A DNA stretch of 64,000 nt from Minisyncoccota bacterium (GTDB taxonomy: Bacteria > Patescibacteriota > Microgenomatia > PFEM01 > JAFGMK01), in contig JAFGMK010000024.1 in assembly GCA_016927565.1 (NCBI GenBank), positions 6,105 to 70,104 of the forward strand, written 5' to 3'. The translations under genes were made by a program, and so were the position numbers. The notes beneath the pieces were generated by a model. It made no database searches and was not told the origin of the DNA. It saw nothing but the letters and a program-made list of their open reading frames with translations. This document shows positions 45,775 through 56,409 of the stretch, one piece after another (the first letter of the stretch is position 1; the number at the start of each line of letters is the position of its first letter).

Positions 45775-47745
45775 TCAAATATTTTTATTTCGATGCCGGT
45801 CCCTGAGTTCCGCCTTCTTGCCCCGCCCCCATGAACTGGTAAAGGTATAATAGCCGGTAATCCTCGTAATTCCATCTACCTTTCTGGAATGACAATAAGG
45901 ACAACTCCCCAATAATCCCCGAGCTAAACGCCGGCACTTTAAGCACAAGGTAAATTCGGGTGAAAGGGCAACTTGGGTATTTTGGGTCCGGTTAAAAGTC
46001 TTTTTAATTAACCGGCCGACAGAAGCAGGACTCGGCTCGCGCTCCCCTAACCAAAGATGGGTAATATTACCGCCTTCAATTAGAGGATGGAAAAGGCCTT
46101 CCTTTTCAATTCTGTCTAAGGGATCAATCTCGGCATCAACATCTAAATGAGTTGAGTTGGTATAATAAACTGAACCGGATTCAGGATCACCGTGAACAAT
46201 CTTAAGGGCTTGTTTGGGAAACCGGCTCAAATCAAGCCGGGCAAAACGATAGCAGGTTGACTCAGCCGGATCCTGTTCAAGAATGATTTTTAACCGGCTT
46301 TTTTTGCTTTCCTGATCGCAAAGATATTTCATGAAAGCCACTATTTTCAGACCAAATTTCAGCGCCTGATCGCTCTCATGCATCTTCTGGCCCAAATGCG
46401 CCCGAACACAGTCGCCCACCCCCAAGACACCGACCAAATAGGCCATTTTGGTAAAACGCAAATATGATTCTTTTTCACCCTCCTGTTTAACCGTCAACAA
46501 TCCCAAAGGGCCGGTTTCTCGCCGATCCAAGAGTTTTTTTAAGAAGGCTCCTTTTTGTTTATGAGCCTCGAAAACCAGTTGCATCCTTTTTCTGATCAAT
46601 TCAAAAAGCTTTTTTTCATTTCCTTTGGCCTGATAAGCAATCCTAGGCAAATTAAGAGAAATATAAGGAGCTGCGGAAAAACGCATCCGCCAAGGTTTTT
46701 TAGTGTCTTTTAAATCCTCACTGGAAAGAGTGAAAGAGACCCGGCAGCATTCAGAAATCTTGGCAGTTTTTCCCCGATCCAGCATAAAGTAAGGATTACC
46801 TGTTTTGGTCGCCACTTCGCAAACATGATTCAAAAACCGACTATGCCCCGGAGTGGCCCAAAACTTGTCGGTAATATGGAGATTGGGCTTGGGCCAAAAA
46901 AAAGGCGAACCCTGGCTGTCGCCTTTTTTATAAACGGAAAAGATTTGCCAAACAAAGCTCTGAGCTTCTTTTTCATAATCACCATAAACCTTGCCGGTAT
47001 ATTGACCCCGGGGACCAATAGCCGGAACCTTTTCAAAATGAGCCGGCACCTCCCAATAAAGATTGAGATCAGAAAAAATCGGCTGACCGCCATGAGGTCC
47101 GATAGTTTGATTAAATTGATGAATCAACTTTTGCGCCGCCTGATAGATTTCACTATCGGAGAGGCCTGTCAAATAAGGCGCCAAAAATAAATTAACCGCG
47201 TCCCAGCCGATCGCCCCGCCAAAATTAGCCCTGAGAGCCAAAGAAAACCGGTAAAGATGATCCAAAGCTGAGTCAATGTGAGCGGCCGGCCTGGTCGCCG
47301 CAAAACTGGCATAACGGTTAAGACCGTATTTTTTAACATACTCAACGCTCTGGCCGGAACAATAAGGCCGGTCAATAAAACCTAATTTATGAAGATGCAA
47401 ATCTCCCCGCCGGTGAGCCCGAGCCACTGATTTAGAATAAACCTTATTTAGGGCATACTCTTTTTTAACAAACTCGGACAGAGTAAAACTTGTTCCCTCA
47501 GGAGTGTTGGGCATATTGGCATCGCTCCGGCTACCTTCTTTCGCGATGACAGTCTCAATCTCCTCTAAAGAAAGAGAGACTCTTCCGTCTTCACCTGTAT
47601 CCTCAAAATGGAAAAGGCCATTCCCGTTACTGTTTTGGGAATGATTGTCTTTTTTCTGAACTTTAGGACCGGGTAATATCCGGGCCAATTGCCGGGAAAT
47701 TCCCAAAGAAAAATCGGTCACATCAAGTCGTTTTTTTTGAACCAT
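45775..47745 (-). CDS. nrdD: second class III ribonucleotide reductase paralog (no ATP-cone)
   Basis: HLHKLGF, a zinc ribbon (CLKC...CPYC), and the Gly-radical motif TRITGYY; 656 aa. Collinear with the upstream copy across most of its length. Confidence 0.8.
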   Translation of the reverse strand: MVQKKRLDVTDFSLGISRQLARILPGPKVQKKDNHSQNSNGNGLFHFEDTGEDGRVSLSLEEIETVIAKEGSRSDANMPNTPEGTSFTLSEFVKKEYALNKVYSKSVARAHRRGDLHLHKLGFIDRPYCSGQSVEYVKKYGLNRYASFAATRPAAHIDSALDHLYRFSLALRANFGGAIGWDAVNLFLAPYLTGLSDSEIYQAAQKLIHQFNQTIGPHGGQPIFSDLNLYWEVPAHFEKVPAIGPRGQYTGKVYGDYEKEAQSFVWQIFSVYKKGDSQGSPFFWPKPNLHITDKFWATPGHSRFLNHVCEVATKTGNPYFMLDRGKTAKISECCRVSFTLSSEDLKDTKKPWRMRFSAAPYISLNLPRIAYQAKGNEKKLFELIRKRMQLVFEAHKQKGAFLKKLLDRRETGPLGLLTVKQEGEKESYLRFTKMAYLVGVLGVGDCVRAHLGQKMHESDQALKFGLKIVAFMKYLCDQESKKSRLKIILEQDPAESTCYRFARLDLSRFPKQALKIVHGDPESGSVYYTNSTHLDVDAEIDPLDRIEKEGLFHPLIEGGNITHLWLGEREPSPASVGRLIKKTFNRTQNTQVALSPEFTLCLKCRRLARGLLGSCPYCHSRKVDGITRITGYYTFTSSWGRGKKAELRDRHRNKNI

Positions 47746-48013
47746 AATCTCTTCCTATAGAACCGAACCAACAAATTTCAAACAAAAAGTCTCAGGTTTT
47801 TTTAGAAAGTGGTTTTGCCCGCCTTTTCCGAAAGTTAAAAACCTCTAAACCGGATTTTGTTTATAGATTACCCAGTTTAGTTTATGAGCTGAGTTATCAT
47901 ATCAATTGTTAAAGAAAGCCTGTCAAGCAGAAATAAATGAATCAGAAGATATCAGAAACCGGAAATTAAAAATGAAAAACGGGTTTCAAAAAAGGGGCAA
48001 ATCTAAACAAAGG

Positions 48014-48685
48014 CTATCTGTTTTTTCTTTCCCTGATTTGTTTTAAACCCTCACGGGAACAGGTCAGGATTTGATCAATGATAGCTTCTTGCCCTTCGGC
48101 TTTTGTCTTGATGGCAGACAAAACTTCCTCATGTTTCAAACAGGCTATCTCCAGCCTTTCCAAAAAAGCTAGGGTTTCAATTCCATCCTCGCTTGCTTCT
48201 TTCTCCTGAGCAATCGCTTGCTCTAAATACTTTTCTGCCTTAGTCGCGGTAGTTATCCCCAATTCAGGCTTGCCTCCCTCCACTAAAACTTCCGCCGCTC
48301 CAATTCTTTTATCAGCATAATGAAGTAATCTCTCTGCCTTTTTTAACCGGTTAGTCGTTAAAAAAAGCTGGATCCGATCACGAATCATCTTCAAAAGATA
48401 GAGAGGATGATCAGGCAGAATTCCCGGATAGGGCAGATAATAATCAACCGCATTCTCTGCTTCAACCAATCGAACTGCCCCAGTCGCCTCATCATCAACA
48501 ACGTCAAGGAGAATCGGCAAAGGATCCTCGAAATTTGATTCTGAAGAACCAGAAGCAACATTCCCTGACTGGGCCAGCGTCTTAGAAGAAGTTTTAAAAA
48601 GAGAAACTGATAAAATCGCCAAGCCGAAAAATAGAGTCAAACTGATAAGCAAGAATCTTTTCATAAGCAGCTTGCATTTTATCAC
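48014..48685 (-). CDS. hypothetical secreted protein (signal peptide plus coiled-coil-rich body)
   Basis: N-terminal hydrophobic signal-like segment. No motif recognised. Confidence 0.45.
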   Translation of the reverse strand: MIKCKLLMKRFLLISLTLFFGLAILSVSLFKTSSKTLAQSGNVASGSSESNFEDPLPILLDVVDDEATGAVRLVEAENAVDYYLPYPGILPDHPLYLLKMIRDRIQLFLTTNRLKKAERLLHYADKRIGAAEVLVEGGKPELGITTATKAEKYLEQAIAQEKEASEDGIETLAFLERLEIACLKHEEVLSAIKTKAEGQEAIIDQILTCSREGLKQIRERKNR

Positions 48686-48707
48686 TCTTCGTCAACCAAA
48701 GACAAGT

Positions 48708-49433
48708 TTAGCGAAATAATATTATCGGCCAACTCCAGAAAACATGGAGAAGAATCGGCCCTATCACGCTTTCGGTCCGGCTGAAAACAAAACCCGCTCC
48801 TAAACTGTAAACAAAAACGATTATCCCATAAGATAGAATCTGCCAAGGATCATACCGGAGTACAAAGATCGTGATTGGCAAGTGAATCAGTACAAAAAGA
48901 AATGACACGACAAAATTAGTCCGCCACTCGTTTTTCCAAAACTGATTGAGACGATTAAAAATAAAACTCCTAAAAACCAATTCTTCGCAAAGGGCAGTAA
49001 TTCCCGAAGTCAAAAGAACAAAACCCAATCCCCAACCCTGATAAGGCAATTCTGGCAAATCCAGCCCCTGGTATTTAACGATGTTGGTTAAAATTCCCTC
49101 GAGGGCAAAAACAAATCCCAAACCGATTCCCCAGTAAAGATTCTTAAAAAGTTTTTCTGTTGATAAGGCTAAAGAAGAAAGCGGTTTTTTTTCAAGCTTT
49201 TTAACCACCCAAAAAAGCGATCCCAGCCAAACCAAAGGTTTTAAAAAGAGTTCATCAATCGCTTCCGGCAGGATTATCAAGTAACGATACAAGCCCCAAA
49301 CAAGCAACAAAAAGATAAAATAGCTGAAAACCAACCGCAAAGCCTTAATTCTCTTTAAGCTAACTGCCTCAAAAGAATCTCCGTCCTTTAAGATAGTAAT
49401 GCCAAAAAGTTTGTTAAAAAGAGATTCTCTCAT
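48708..49433 (-). CDS. CPBP (CAAX/Abi) family intramembrane metalloprotease
   Basis: CEELVFRSF (EExxxR motif 1) and a later FxxxH/HL motif within a multi-TM body. Confidence 0.7.
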   Translation of the reverse strand: MRESLFNKLFGITILKDGDSFEAVSLKRIKALRLVFSYFIFLLLVWGLYRYLIILPEAIDELFLKPLVWLGSLFWVVKKLEKKPLSSLALSTEKLFKNLYWGIGLGFVFALEGILTNIVKYQGLDLPELPYQGWGLGFVLLTSGITALCEELVFRSFIFNRLNQFWKNEWRTNFVVSFLFVLIHLPITIFVLRYDPWQILSYGIIVFVYSLGAGFVFSRTESVIGPILLHVFWSWPIILFR

Positions 49434-49490
49434 TGTTCACATAATAACAAATTAGCCGGCGGTTTTAAACCCTTCTTTGTTATAATACTT

Positions 49491-51749
49491 TTGATGAAAA
49501 CTGAAAAGAAGGCCAGACCGGCTGAAAAAAGCACCCTCCGGTCCAAGAAAAAACGTAAAACTCGCCAATTTCCAAAAACCAAAAAGAAGCGCTTAATAAA
49601 AAAAGGGAGATTTTATATTATTCTTCTTCTCCTGCTTTCGATTTTCAGCTTTTGGCTTTTCATTTTAAAAGACCTTCCCTCCCCAACCAAACTTGAAAAT
49701 TACGACTTTCCCGTCTCAACCCAAATCTTTGACTCAAAAAAAAGGCTTCTTTATGAAATCTATGCCGAAAAAAAAAGGACCCCAATCAAAATTGAAAACA
49801 TTCCTGATCATCTCAAATGGGCCACCATTGCTTCCGAAGATAAAGATTTTTATCATCACCGGGGCTTTGCCTTCCGGGGAATTATTAGGGGTTTTTATAA
49901 TACCATTTTCAAAAAGAGCCTCCAAGGCGGCTCTACTATTACTCAGCAATTAATCAAAAATGCCCTCCTGACTCAAGAACGGACCATTCAAAGAAAGATT
50001 CGGGAGGCAATCCTGGCCTGGCTCACAGAAATTATCTATTCTAAAGACCAAATTTTAGAGATGTATTTCAACCAGGTTCCTTACGGCGGAACTGCCTGGG
50101 GGATCGAAACTGCCGCTCAAACCTACTTCAATAAAAGTACCCCCGATTTAACTCTGGCTGAGTCAGCTCTTTTAGCCGGACTACCAGCCTCTCCGACCCG
50201 TTTTTCTCCTTTTGGCGCTCACCCCGACTTAGCCATAAACCGCCAGAAAAGAGTTCTTCAAAGAATGGTTGAGGACGGCCACATTTCTTTGGAGGATGCC
50301 CAAGAGGCAGAAAAAGAAGCTCTGAACTTTGCTCCCATGGAAATTAGCATCAAAGCTCCTCATTTCGTTCTCTGGATCAAAGAAAAACTAGTCGAGCAAT
50401 ACGGCGAAAGACTGGTTGAGCAAGGCGGTTTAAGAATTACTACCACCCTTGATCTTGACCTGCAAGAAAAAGCCCAGCAAATCATCCATGCCGAGATTGA
50501 TAAACTTGAAAATCTCAAAGTGGCTAACGGCGCCGGCCTGATAACTGCTCCAGAAACCGGAGCAATTTTGGCGCTTATAGGCTCTCACGATTATTTTGAT
50601 CTTAAAAATGACGGCAATGTCAACGTTGTCCTCCGGCCAAGGCAGCCCGGTTCAGCCATCAAACCTTTAAACTACGCTTTAGCTTTTGAAAACAAAACTC
50701 TTACTCCGGCCTCAGTGATTAACGATATTCCGACTTGTTTCAAAGTTGCCGGCCAAAAGTCCTACTGTCCGGTCAATTATGACGGCCAGTTTCACGGCCC
50801 GGTTCAAACCAGATTTGCCCTCGGCAATTCTTATAACATTCCCGCGGTTAAAACGCTGGTTTTAAACGGACTTGAAGAATTCATCAACTTTGCCAAGAAA
50901 ATGGGGATCACCAGCTTTACCGAGCCGAAAAACTACGGCCTTTCCCTTACTCTGGGCGGCGGCGAGGTTACAATGTATGATTTGACAACTGCTTTTTCTG
51001 CCTTCGCCAATAACGGGATCAGACAAAACCTCTATGCCATTGAAAAAGTCGAAAACTGGCAGGGGAAAGTCCTATATCAACATCAGGAGTCACCCGGAGC
51101 CAGAGTTATCTCGCCGGAGACAGCTTACCTGATCAGCCATATCCTTTCAGATAACAACGCCCGCACCGCCGCCTTTGGCAGCCATTCACAATTGCTTATC
51201 AAAGATCATCCTGAAGTAGCAGTCAAAACCGGAACCACTAATGAAAAAAAGGATAATTGGGCAATCGGCTTCACTCCGGACTTTTCGGTCAGCGTTTGGG
51301 TAGGTAACAACGACAACACTCCCATGAGCCAGATCGCCTCGGGCACCACAGGCGCCTCATCAATTTGGAATCAGATCATGAGTCTCGTACTTAAAGATAA
51401 AAAGTCGCATTGGCCGCCAAAACCGGAAGGAATAGTTGGAATTCAGATTTGTGCTGTTTCCGGTCTTAAACCGGCTTCGAATGACAGCTGTCCGGTCCGA
51501 TTCGAATACTTCGATAAAGACACTCTGCCTGAAGAAATCGAAAATTTAGAAAGAGGCATTGCCGTTGACAAAACCAGCGGCCAACTGGCAAATAGCGACA
51601 CCTTGCCGGAAAATATCGAAATCCAGAATCATCGGGTAGTTTGGGACAAGCTGGGCACCCCCTATTGTTTGGACTGCTCTTTTCCCACCCAAGCCCAAAT
51701 TCTGGACTCCAGCCGGGTCCTCAGAAATTTTCCCCAACCAACACCCTGA
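49491..51749 (+). CDS. class A penicillin-binding protein (glycosyltransferase GT51 plus transpeptidase)
   Basis: GT51 motifs (EDKDFYHHRGF, GGSTITQQLIKN, RKIREA), transpeptidase SxxK (GSAIKP), SYN and KTGT. Confidence 0.9.
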   Translation: MMKTEKKARPAEKSTLRSKKKRKTRQFPKTKKKRLIKKGRFYIILLLLLSIFSFWLFILKDLPSPTKLENYDFPVSTQIFDSKKRLLYEIYAEKKRTPIKIENIPDHLKWATIASEDKDFYHHRGFAFRGIIRGFYNTIFKKSLQGGSTITQQLIKNALLTQERTIQRKIREAILAWLTEIIYSKDQILEMYFNQVPYGGTAWGIETAAQTYFNKSTPDLTLAESALLAGLPASPTRFSPFGAHPDLAINRQKRVLQRMVEDGHISLEDAQEAEKEALNFAPMEISIKAPHFVLWIKEKLVEQYGERLVEQGGLRITTTLDLDLQEKAQQIIHAEIDKLENLKVANGAGLITAPETGAILALIGSHDYFDLKNDGNVNVVLRPRQPGSAIKPLNYALAFENKTLTPASVINDIPTCFKVAGQKSYCPVNYDGQFHGPVQTRFALGNSYNIPAVKTLVLNGLEEFINFAKKMGITSFTEPKNYGLSLTLGGGEVTMYDLTTAFSAFANNGIRQNLYAIEKVENWQGKVLYQHQESPGARVISPETAYLISHILSDNNARTAAFGSHSQLLIKDHPEVAVKTGTTNEKKDNWAIGFTPDFSVSVWVGNNDNTPMSQIASGTTGASSIWNQIMSLVLKDKKSHWPPKPEGIVGIQICAVSGLKPASNDSCPVRFEYFDKDTLPEEIENLERGIAVDKTSGQLANSDTLPENIEIQNHRVVWDKLGTPYCLDCSFPTQAQILDSSRVLRNFPQPTP

Positions 51750-51852
51750 TTCAATTTATCTTTGGTCAAAATTACTGGCAAATCACCTTAACTAGTTTTT
51801 TCTATTTTCCCCTCTTTAATAAAGCTCGATGATCAGCTAAAATCCAAAAATA

Positions 51853-54258
51853 ATGGCGACTAAAAGGACAGGGTTCGGCGCTTTTACTGAACTCGCCAAA
51901 ACTACTGAAAAATTCCGCCGCGGAATCGGTCTTTTTCTGGAATCCATCGGCCGGCCAATCCTTTGGCTTCTTTTGAAATTGTTTTTTGTTCTCAGCCGGT
52001 TTTTAAAATTATTCCTTGAATTTAAGAAGTTTCTCTTCCGATCCCCTTTAAAAAGGACAGTTAAAAAACGAAAAAACAAACAATCGACTCTGAAAACAAC
52101 CGGGAAACAACTTTTCAGAAGCGGCCGATGGTTAAGCCTGCTTTTGAACTTATTTTTCGGTCTGGCTGTCATTACTTATCTAACTGTCCTCAAAGACCTC
52201 CCTCATCCGGATCGTCTCATTACCCGACCTCAGGCTGTTTCCACTAAAATCTATGACCGCCGCGGCCAATTGCTTTACAAAATCTATCGCAATCAAAATC
52301 GGACTCTGATCAAAATTGAAGACATCCCTCCTTTCTTAATCCAGGCAACTGTCGCCATCGAAGACGCCGAGTTTTACCATCATTACGGCTTCTCTTTAAA
52401 AGGCATCTCCCGCTCCTTAATAAAAAATTTCTCTCAGGGCAAGCTTCAAGGCGGCTCAACCATTACCCAACAACTGGTTAAAAACGCTCTTTTGAGTCCG
52501 GAAAAAACTATCCTTAGAAAATTCAGAGAACTTTTTCTTTCAATTCAAACTGAACTCCGCTTCAACAAAAAAGAGATTCTTCAAATGTATTTTAATGAAG
52601 TTGCTTACGGCGGAGCGGCTTACGGGATTGAAGAAGCCGCCTGGAAGTATTTTAACAAATCAGCTCTTAACCTCAACCTGCCGGAAGCGGCTCTTTTAGC
52701 CGGCCTTCCCGCTTCACCGACCCTTTATTCCCCTTTTGGAGCTTATCCGGATTTGGCCAAAAAAAGGCAGAGCCTGGTTTTGGAAAGAATGGCTTCCGAA
52801 AAATTTATCACCCCTGAAGAGGCTGAAAAAGCCAAGATCGCTCCGCTCTCTTTTGCTCCTCAGGAAACCAACATCAAAGCTCCCCATTTCGTAATGTTTG
52901 CTAAAGATCTTCTGGCCAAAAAATTCGGTGGCCAAATTGTCGAAGAAGGCGGATTGGAAGTAATCACCAGTCTGGATCTTGCTGTTCAAAATCTGGCTCA
53001 AAACATTGTTCAGGAAGAGCTAAAAAACTTAGAAAAATTAAATGTCCAGAACGGGGCAGTGCTAGTCACCAAACCCAAAACGGGCGAAATCCTGGCCATG
53101 GTCGGCTCCCGGAATTATTTTGCCACCGACCAAGACGGCAATGTCAACGTTACTCTTTGCGCCCGCCAACCGGGCTCAGCAATCAAACCGATTAACTATG
53201 CAGTAGCGCTTAAAATGGGCTACACTCCGGCTACCATTCTCTCAGATACCCCAATCACCTACAAAATTCCCGGGCAGCCTCCCTATTCGCCAAAGAATTA
53301 CGACAATCGTTTCCACGGGCAAGTTCCACTCAGAACCGCTCTGGCGTCTTCATATAATGTTCCTGCCGTCAAGATACTCTCTTCCTATGGAGTTGAAAAA
53401 ATGATTTCTCTGGGCCAAGATCTGGGCATTTCCACTTGGAATAACCCGAATCGTTTTGGCCTGGCATTAACCTTAGGAGGCGGCGAAGTAAGAATGATTG
53501 ACCTGGCCGTTGTTTACGCTACCTTTGCCAACCTGGGCCAAAGAGTTGATCTTCAGCCTTTTTTGTCAATCGAAAATTACCAAGGTAAAATATACCACGA
53601 TTTCGATTGCGGCCGCCATTCAAACGAATTCCCTAAAGGAACCGCCGCCGAAGCTTTTTCAAGCTCCGGTTGTTCGTCAAAAACTGCTCTTGATCCGGAG
53701 GTTGCCTACCTCTTAAACCATATCTTAAGCGATAATGAGGCCCGCACCCCTGCTTTCGGCCCTCACTCTCAATTGGTAATTCCGGAAAAAACAGTCGCGG
53801 TTAAAACCGGCACCACTAACGAATTAAGAGATAATTGGACAATCGGCTATACTCCCGACTTCCTGGTTGCCGTTTGGGTCGGCAACAACGACAATTCTCC
53901 GATGCACCGAATTGCTTCGGGTCTGACCGGCGCCTCTTCAATTTGGCATAAAATTATGATCAATCTTCTTAATGATCTTCCCGATCAGCCCTTTCCCCGA
54001 CCGGAAGGGATTATTCAAAAGGAAATTTGCTCCCTGACCGGCACTCTTCCCTGCCAAGACTGCCCAACCAAAGAAGAAATCTTTATCAGCGGAACCGAGC
54101 CCAAGAATCACTGCTCGTCCCGGGAAGAAAAAAGAAGTGAAAAGGAACGCGAAAAGATCCTGGGCACGGAAGATAACTTTCAAGAAATCAAGCCTGCCAC
54201 TACTTCTTATAGGATAGAAAAAAACGGCAAAGTTATCTGGGAGAAAATCAGGAAATAG
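51853..54258 (+). CDS. second class A penicillin-binding protein (paralog)
   Basis: The same motif set: EDAEFYHHYGF, GGSTITQQLVKN, GSAIKP, SYN, KTGT; 801 aa with a Lys/Glu-rich C-terminal tail. Confidence 0.9.
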   Translation: MATKRTGFGAFTELAKTTEKFRRGIGLFLESIGRPILWLLLKLFFVLSRFLKLFLEFKKFLFRSPLKRTVKKRKNKQSTLKTTGKQLFRSGRWLSLLLNLFFGLAVITYLTVLKDLPHPDRLITRPQAVSTKIYDRRGQLLYKIYRNQNRTLIKIEDIPPFLIQATVAIEDAEFYHHYGFSLKGISRSLIKNFSQGKLQGGSTITQQLVKNALLSPEKTILRKFRELFLSIQTELRFNKKEILQMYFNEVAYGGAAYGIEEAAWKYFNKSALNLNLPEAALLAGLPASPTLYSPFGAYPDLAKKRQSLVLERMASEKFITPEEAEKAKIAPLSFAPQETNIKAPHFVMFAKDLLAKKFGGQIVEEGGLEVITSLDLAVQNLAQNIVQEELKNLEKLNVQNGAVLVTKPKTGEILAMVGSRNYFATDQDGNVNVTLCARQPGSAIKPINYAVALKMGYTPATILSDTPITYKIPGQPPYSPKNYDNRFHGQVPLRTALASSYNVPAVKILSSYGVEKMISLGQDLGISTWNNPNRFGLALTLGGGEVRMIDLAVVYATFANLGQRVDLQPFLSIENYQGKIYHDFDCGRHSNEFPKGTAAEAFSSSGCSSKTALDPEVAYLLNHILSDNEARTPAFGPHSQLVIPEKTVAVKTGTTNELRDNWTIGYTPDFLVAVWVGNNDNSPMHRIASGLTGASSIWHKIMINLLNDLPDQPFPRPEGIIQKEICSLTGTLPCQDCPTKEEIFISGTEPKNHCSSREEKRSEKEREKILGTEDNFQEIKPATTSYRIEKNGKVIWEKIRK

Positions 54259-54487
54259 GCGGTCGGGAAATTATCACTTCAGAACCAAAAACCTGTTCTA
54301 ACCAAACAGGCAATTCTGTCTGCAAGTAAAAAAATAAACTGGCGATCACTGTTGCCAGAAAAAGAATCACTATTAACCAACGGCCGTCAAAGCGATCTCT
54401 AACCCTCTCTTTTATTCTTTCTTCTTCTTTTTTAGAAGGCTTCTTAAGCATTCTGAGAGACTTAATCTGACCAGCAGGAATAACCAT
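54248..54487 (-). CDS. small single-TM protein (79 aa)
   Basis: ORF only. Overlaps the PBP stop by 11 nt. Confidence 0.3.
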   Translation of the reverse strand: MVIPAGQIKSLRMLKKPSKKEEERIKERVRDRFDGRWLIVILFLATVIASLFFYLQTELPVWLEQVFGSEVIISRPPIS

Positions 54488-54548
54488 TTTTAAAAAAGAA
54501 AATCATGAGGCTAAAAAGTGTTCAAAAAATTTATTTTAAATCATAAAA

Positions 54549-55520
54549 CTAGCTTTTCCCGATTGGCCTTTTTATCCATTTCTGAGCTTCTCTTAGGGTA
54601 AGAAGTCCGGTTTTCGCACCCATTTTTGTTACCACCGATGCCCCGTTGGCTACCCCCAGTTTTAAGGCCTTTGAAAGCGGCCAGCCCATCATCAAACCAG
54701 CGACAAAACCGACCCCGAAGCCGTCACCGGCGCCGGTGGTATCTTTAGCTTTGATTTTAAAAGCCGGAGTGGTTAGCCATTGATCGTCCCGGGTAAAAAG
54801 CTGAGCCCCTTTTTGGGCCTGAGTCACTACCCCGACCTCTTTAACCAAAGCACAGGTTTTTGGCAACAGCCGCTTATCGGTCATTTCCAAACCCGTTAAT
54901 CGAGCCGCCTCTTCTTGATTGATAATTACCACCTCAGCCCGGTTAAGAAGAGGGATCAGCTCTTTTCTTTGAGCCAGTTCTTTCCGGCCGGGATTAATCG
55001 CCGTTTGAATTCCGTATCGGCCGGCATGGTCAAGAACCTTCTTTAAAAAAGCCAGATTTCCCTCGAGCGAAGAGATATAAAACCAGCTTGCCTTCAGTTT
55101 AGAAAAGTCGATTAAATCAATTTCCAATCTTGTTCCGCCGCGATAAACCAGGATGCTTCGACCGCCATCCGGTCCTTGCAAGATAGTTGAATAATCGGTT
55201 TCATCCCCTTTTACCTGAATCAAAAGATTCCGGCTAACTCCTTCTTGGCGTAACTGAGTCCGGACAATTTGACCGGCCAAATCCCGGCCGCAACGAGCCA
55301 AAACACCGGCTCTTAACCCCAACCGCGAGAAACCGACCGCGGTATTAGTCCCTCCCCCGCCCGATTGAATTAAAAGCCGGGAAACTTCAGACTTCGCCCC
55401 ATAGGGAGCTATCAGTGCCCGACCGGTAAAAACCTTCGGAGTCTTTAAAAGCTTCAGTTCCTTTGACTCTAAAAAAACATCTAAAGTGGCTGAACCAATT
55501 GAGATAACATCAAACCTCAT
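54549..55520 (-). CDS. PfkB-family carbohydrate kinase (ribokinase-like)
   Basis: N-terminal GG di-glycine motif and C-terminal DTTGAGDGF. Confidence 0.8.
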   Translation of the reverse strand: MRFDVISIGSATLDVFLESKELKLLKTPKVFTGRALIAPYGAKSEVSRLLIQSGGGGTNTAVGFSRLGLRAGVLARCGRDLAGQIVRTQLRQEGVSRNLLIQVKGDETDYSTILQGPDGGRSILVYRGGTRLEIDLIDFSKLKASWFYISSLEGNLAFLKKVLDHAGRYGIQTAINPGRKELAQRKELIPLLNRAEVVIINQEEAARLTGLEMTDKRLLPKTCALVKEVGVVTQAQKGAQLFTRDDQWLTTPAFKIKAKDTTGAGDGFGVGFVAGLMMGWPLSKALKLGVANGASVVTKMGAKTGLLTLREAQKWIKRPIGKS

Positions 55521-55525
55521 TTTTT

Positions 55526-56404
55526 TTAGAGCCTTTCAATCTCGACCGCCTTTCCTTCTGAACCAAAAAGTTTAATTTTTTCCTCAACCACCTTTTGGAT
55601 GGAGGCAATCACCGGCGGCATTAACTGATAAACCTTAACGGCATCCGAACCCTTCAAAACATTTTCCAAAGTTTGCCGATAAGCTATCCGCAAATCGGTA
55701 TTAACATTAATTTTTACGATTCCTAAGCCGATCGCTTCTTTCAGTTGTTCCTGATTGATTCCTGATCCTCCGTGTAAACTCATCAGGCAAGGGAGTAATT
55801 CAGCCAATCGTCTGAGCCGCAAAAGATCAATTTCTTCGGCAGTTCGGTAAACTCCGTGAAGATTCCCGATTGAAACTGCCAGAATGTCAGCCTTAACCTG
55901 AGTTAATAAACCGGCTGCCTTATCTGGATCGGTTAGCTCTCCTTTAGCCAGAACTTCCTCTGCTGTTTCCTCCTGCTTCTCGGAAACGCCTTGAATTTTT
56001 TCAAACTCAACTTCAATCAAAACTCCTTTCTGATGGGCCAATTCAACCATCTGAAGCGAGGCACGAAGGTTTTCCTCAAAACCCAGATCCGAGCCGTCAA
56101 AATGAACCATATCAAAGCCGAGTTCAATCGCTTTTTTAACATTCTCGATTTCTTTGCCGTGATCAAGATTAGTAAAAATCGGCAAGCCGGTCTCAGATGA
56201 CAAATTCTTAACCACACTCAGGAAATTTCTAAAACCAAAATATTCAATCTCCCCTTGAGAAGCCTCTATAATCAACGGACTCTGAGTTATCTGAGCCGCC
56301 GCCACGATCCCCTTAACCATCTCCAGATTAACGGCATTGAAGGCACCAATCGCAAAGCCCTCTCGTGATGCCTTAGTCAACCAGCCTTTCAAGGAAGAAT
56401 CCAT
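55526..56404 (-). CDS. fba: class II fructose/tagatose-bisphosphate aldolase
   Basis: LDHG...HFDGS, LHGGSGI, and an overall TIM-barrel class II aldolase pattern. Confidence 0.85.
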   Translation of the reverse strand: MDSSLKGWLTKASREGFAIGAFNAVNLEMVKGIVAAAQITQSPLIIEASQGEIEYFGFRNFLSVVKNLSSETGLPIFTNLDHGKEIENVKKAIELGFDMVHFDGSDLGFEENLRASLQMVELAHQKGVLIEVEFEKIQGVSEKQEETAEEVLAKGELTDPDKAAGLLTQVKADILAVSIGNLHGVYRTAEEIDLLRLRRLAELLPCLMSLHGGSGINQEQLKEAIGLGIVKINVNTDLRIAYRQTLENVLKGSDAVKVYQLMPPVIASIQKVVEEKIKLFGSEGKAVEIERL

Positions 56405-56409
56405 GTTTT

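Noticed and set aside
47746-48013. An NrdR box or B12 riboswitch upstream of the nrdD genes.
   Set aside because: No sequence resembling the NrdR box consensus (acaCwAtATaTwGtgt, tandem) was found. Class III RNR does not use B12. Only a weak GAAACCGG...CGGGTTTC hairpin is present.
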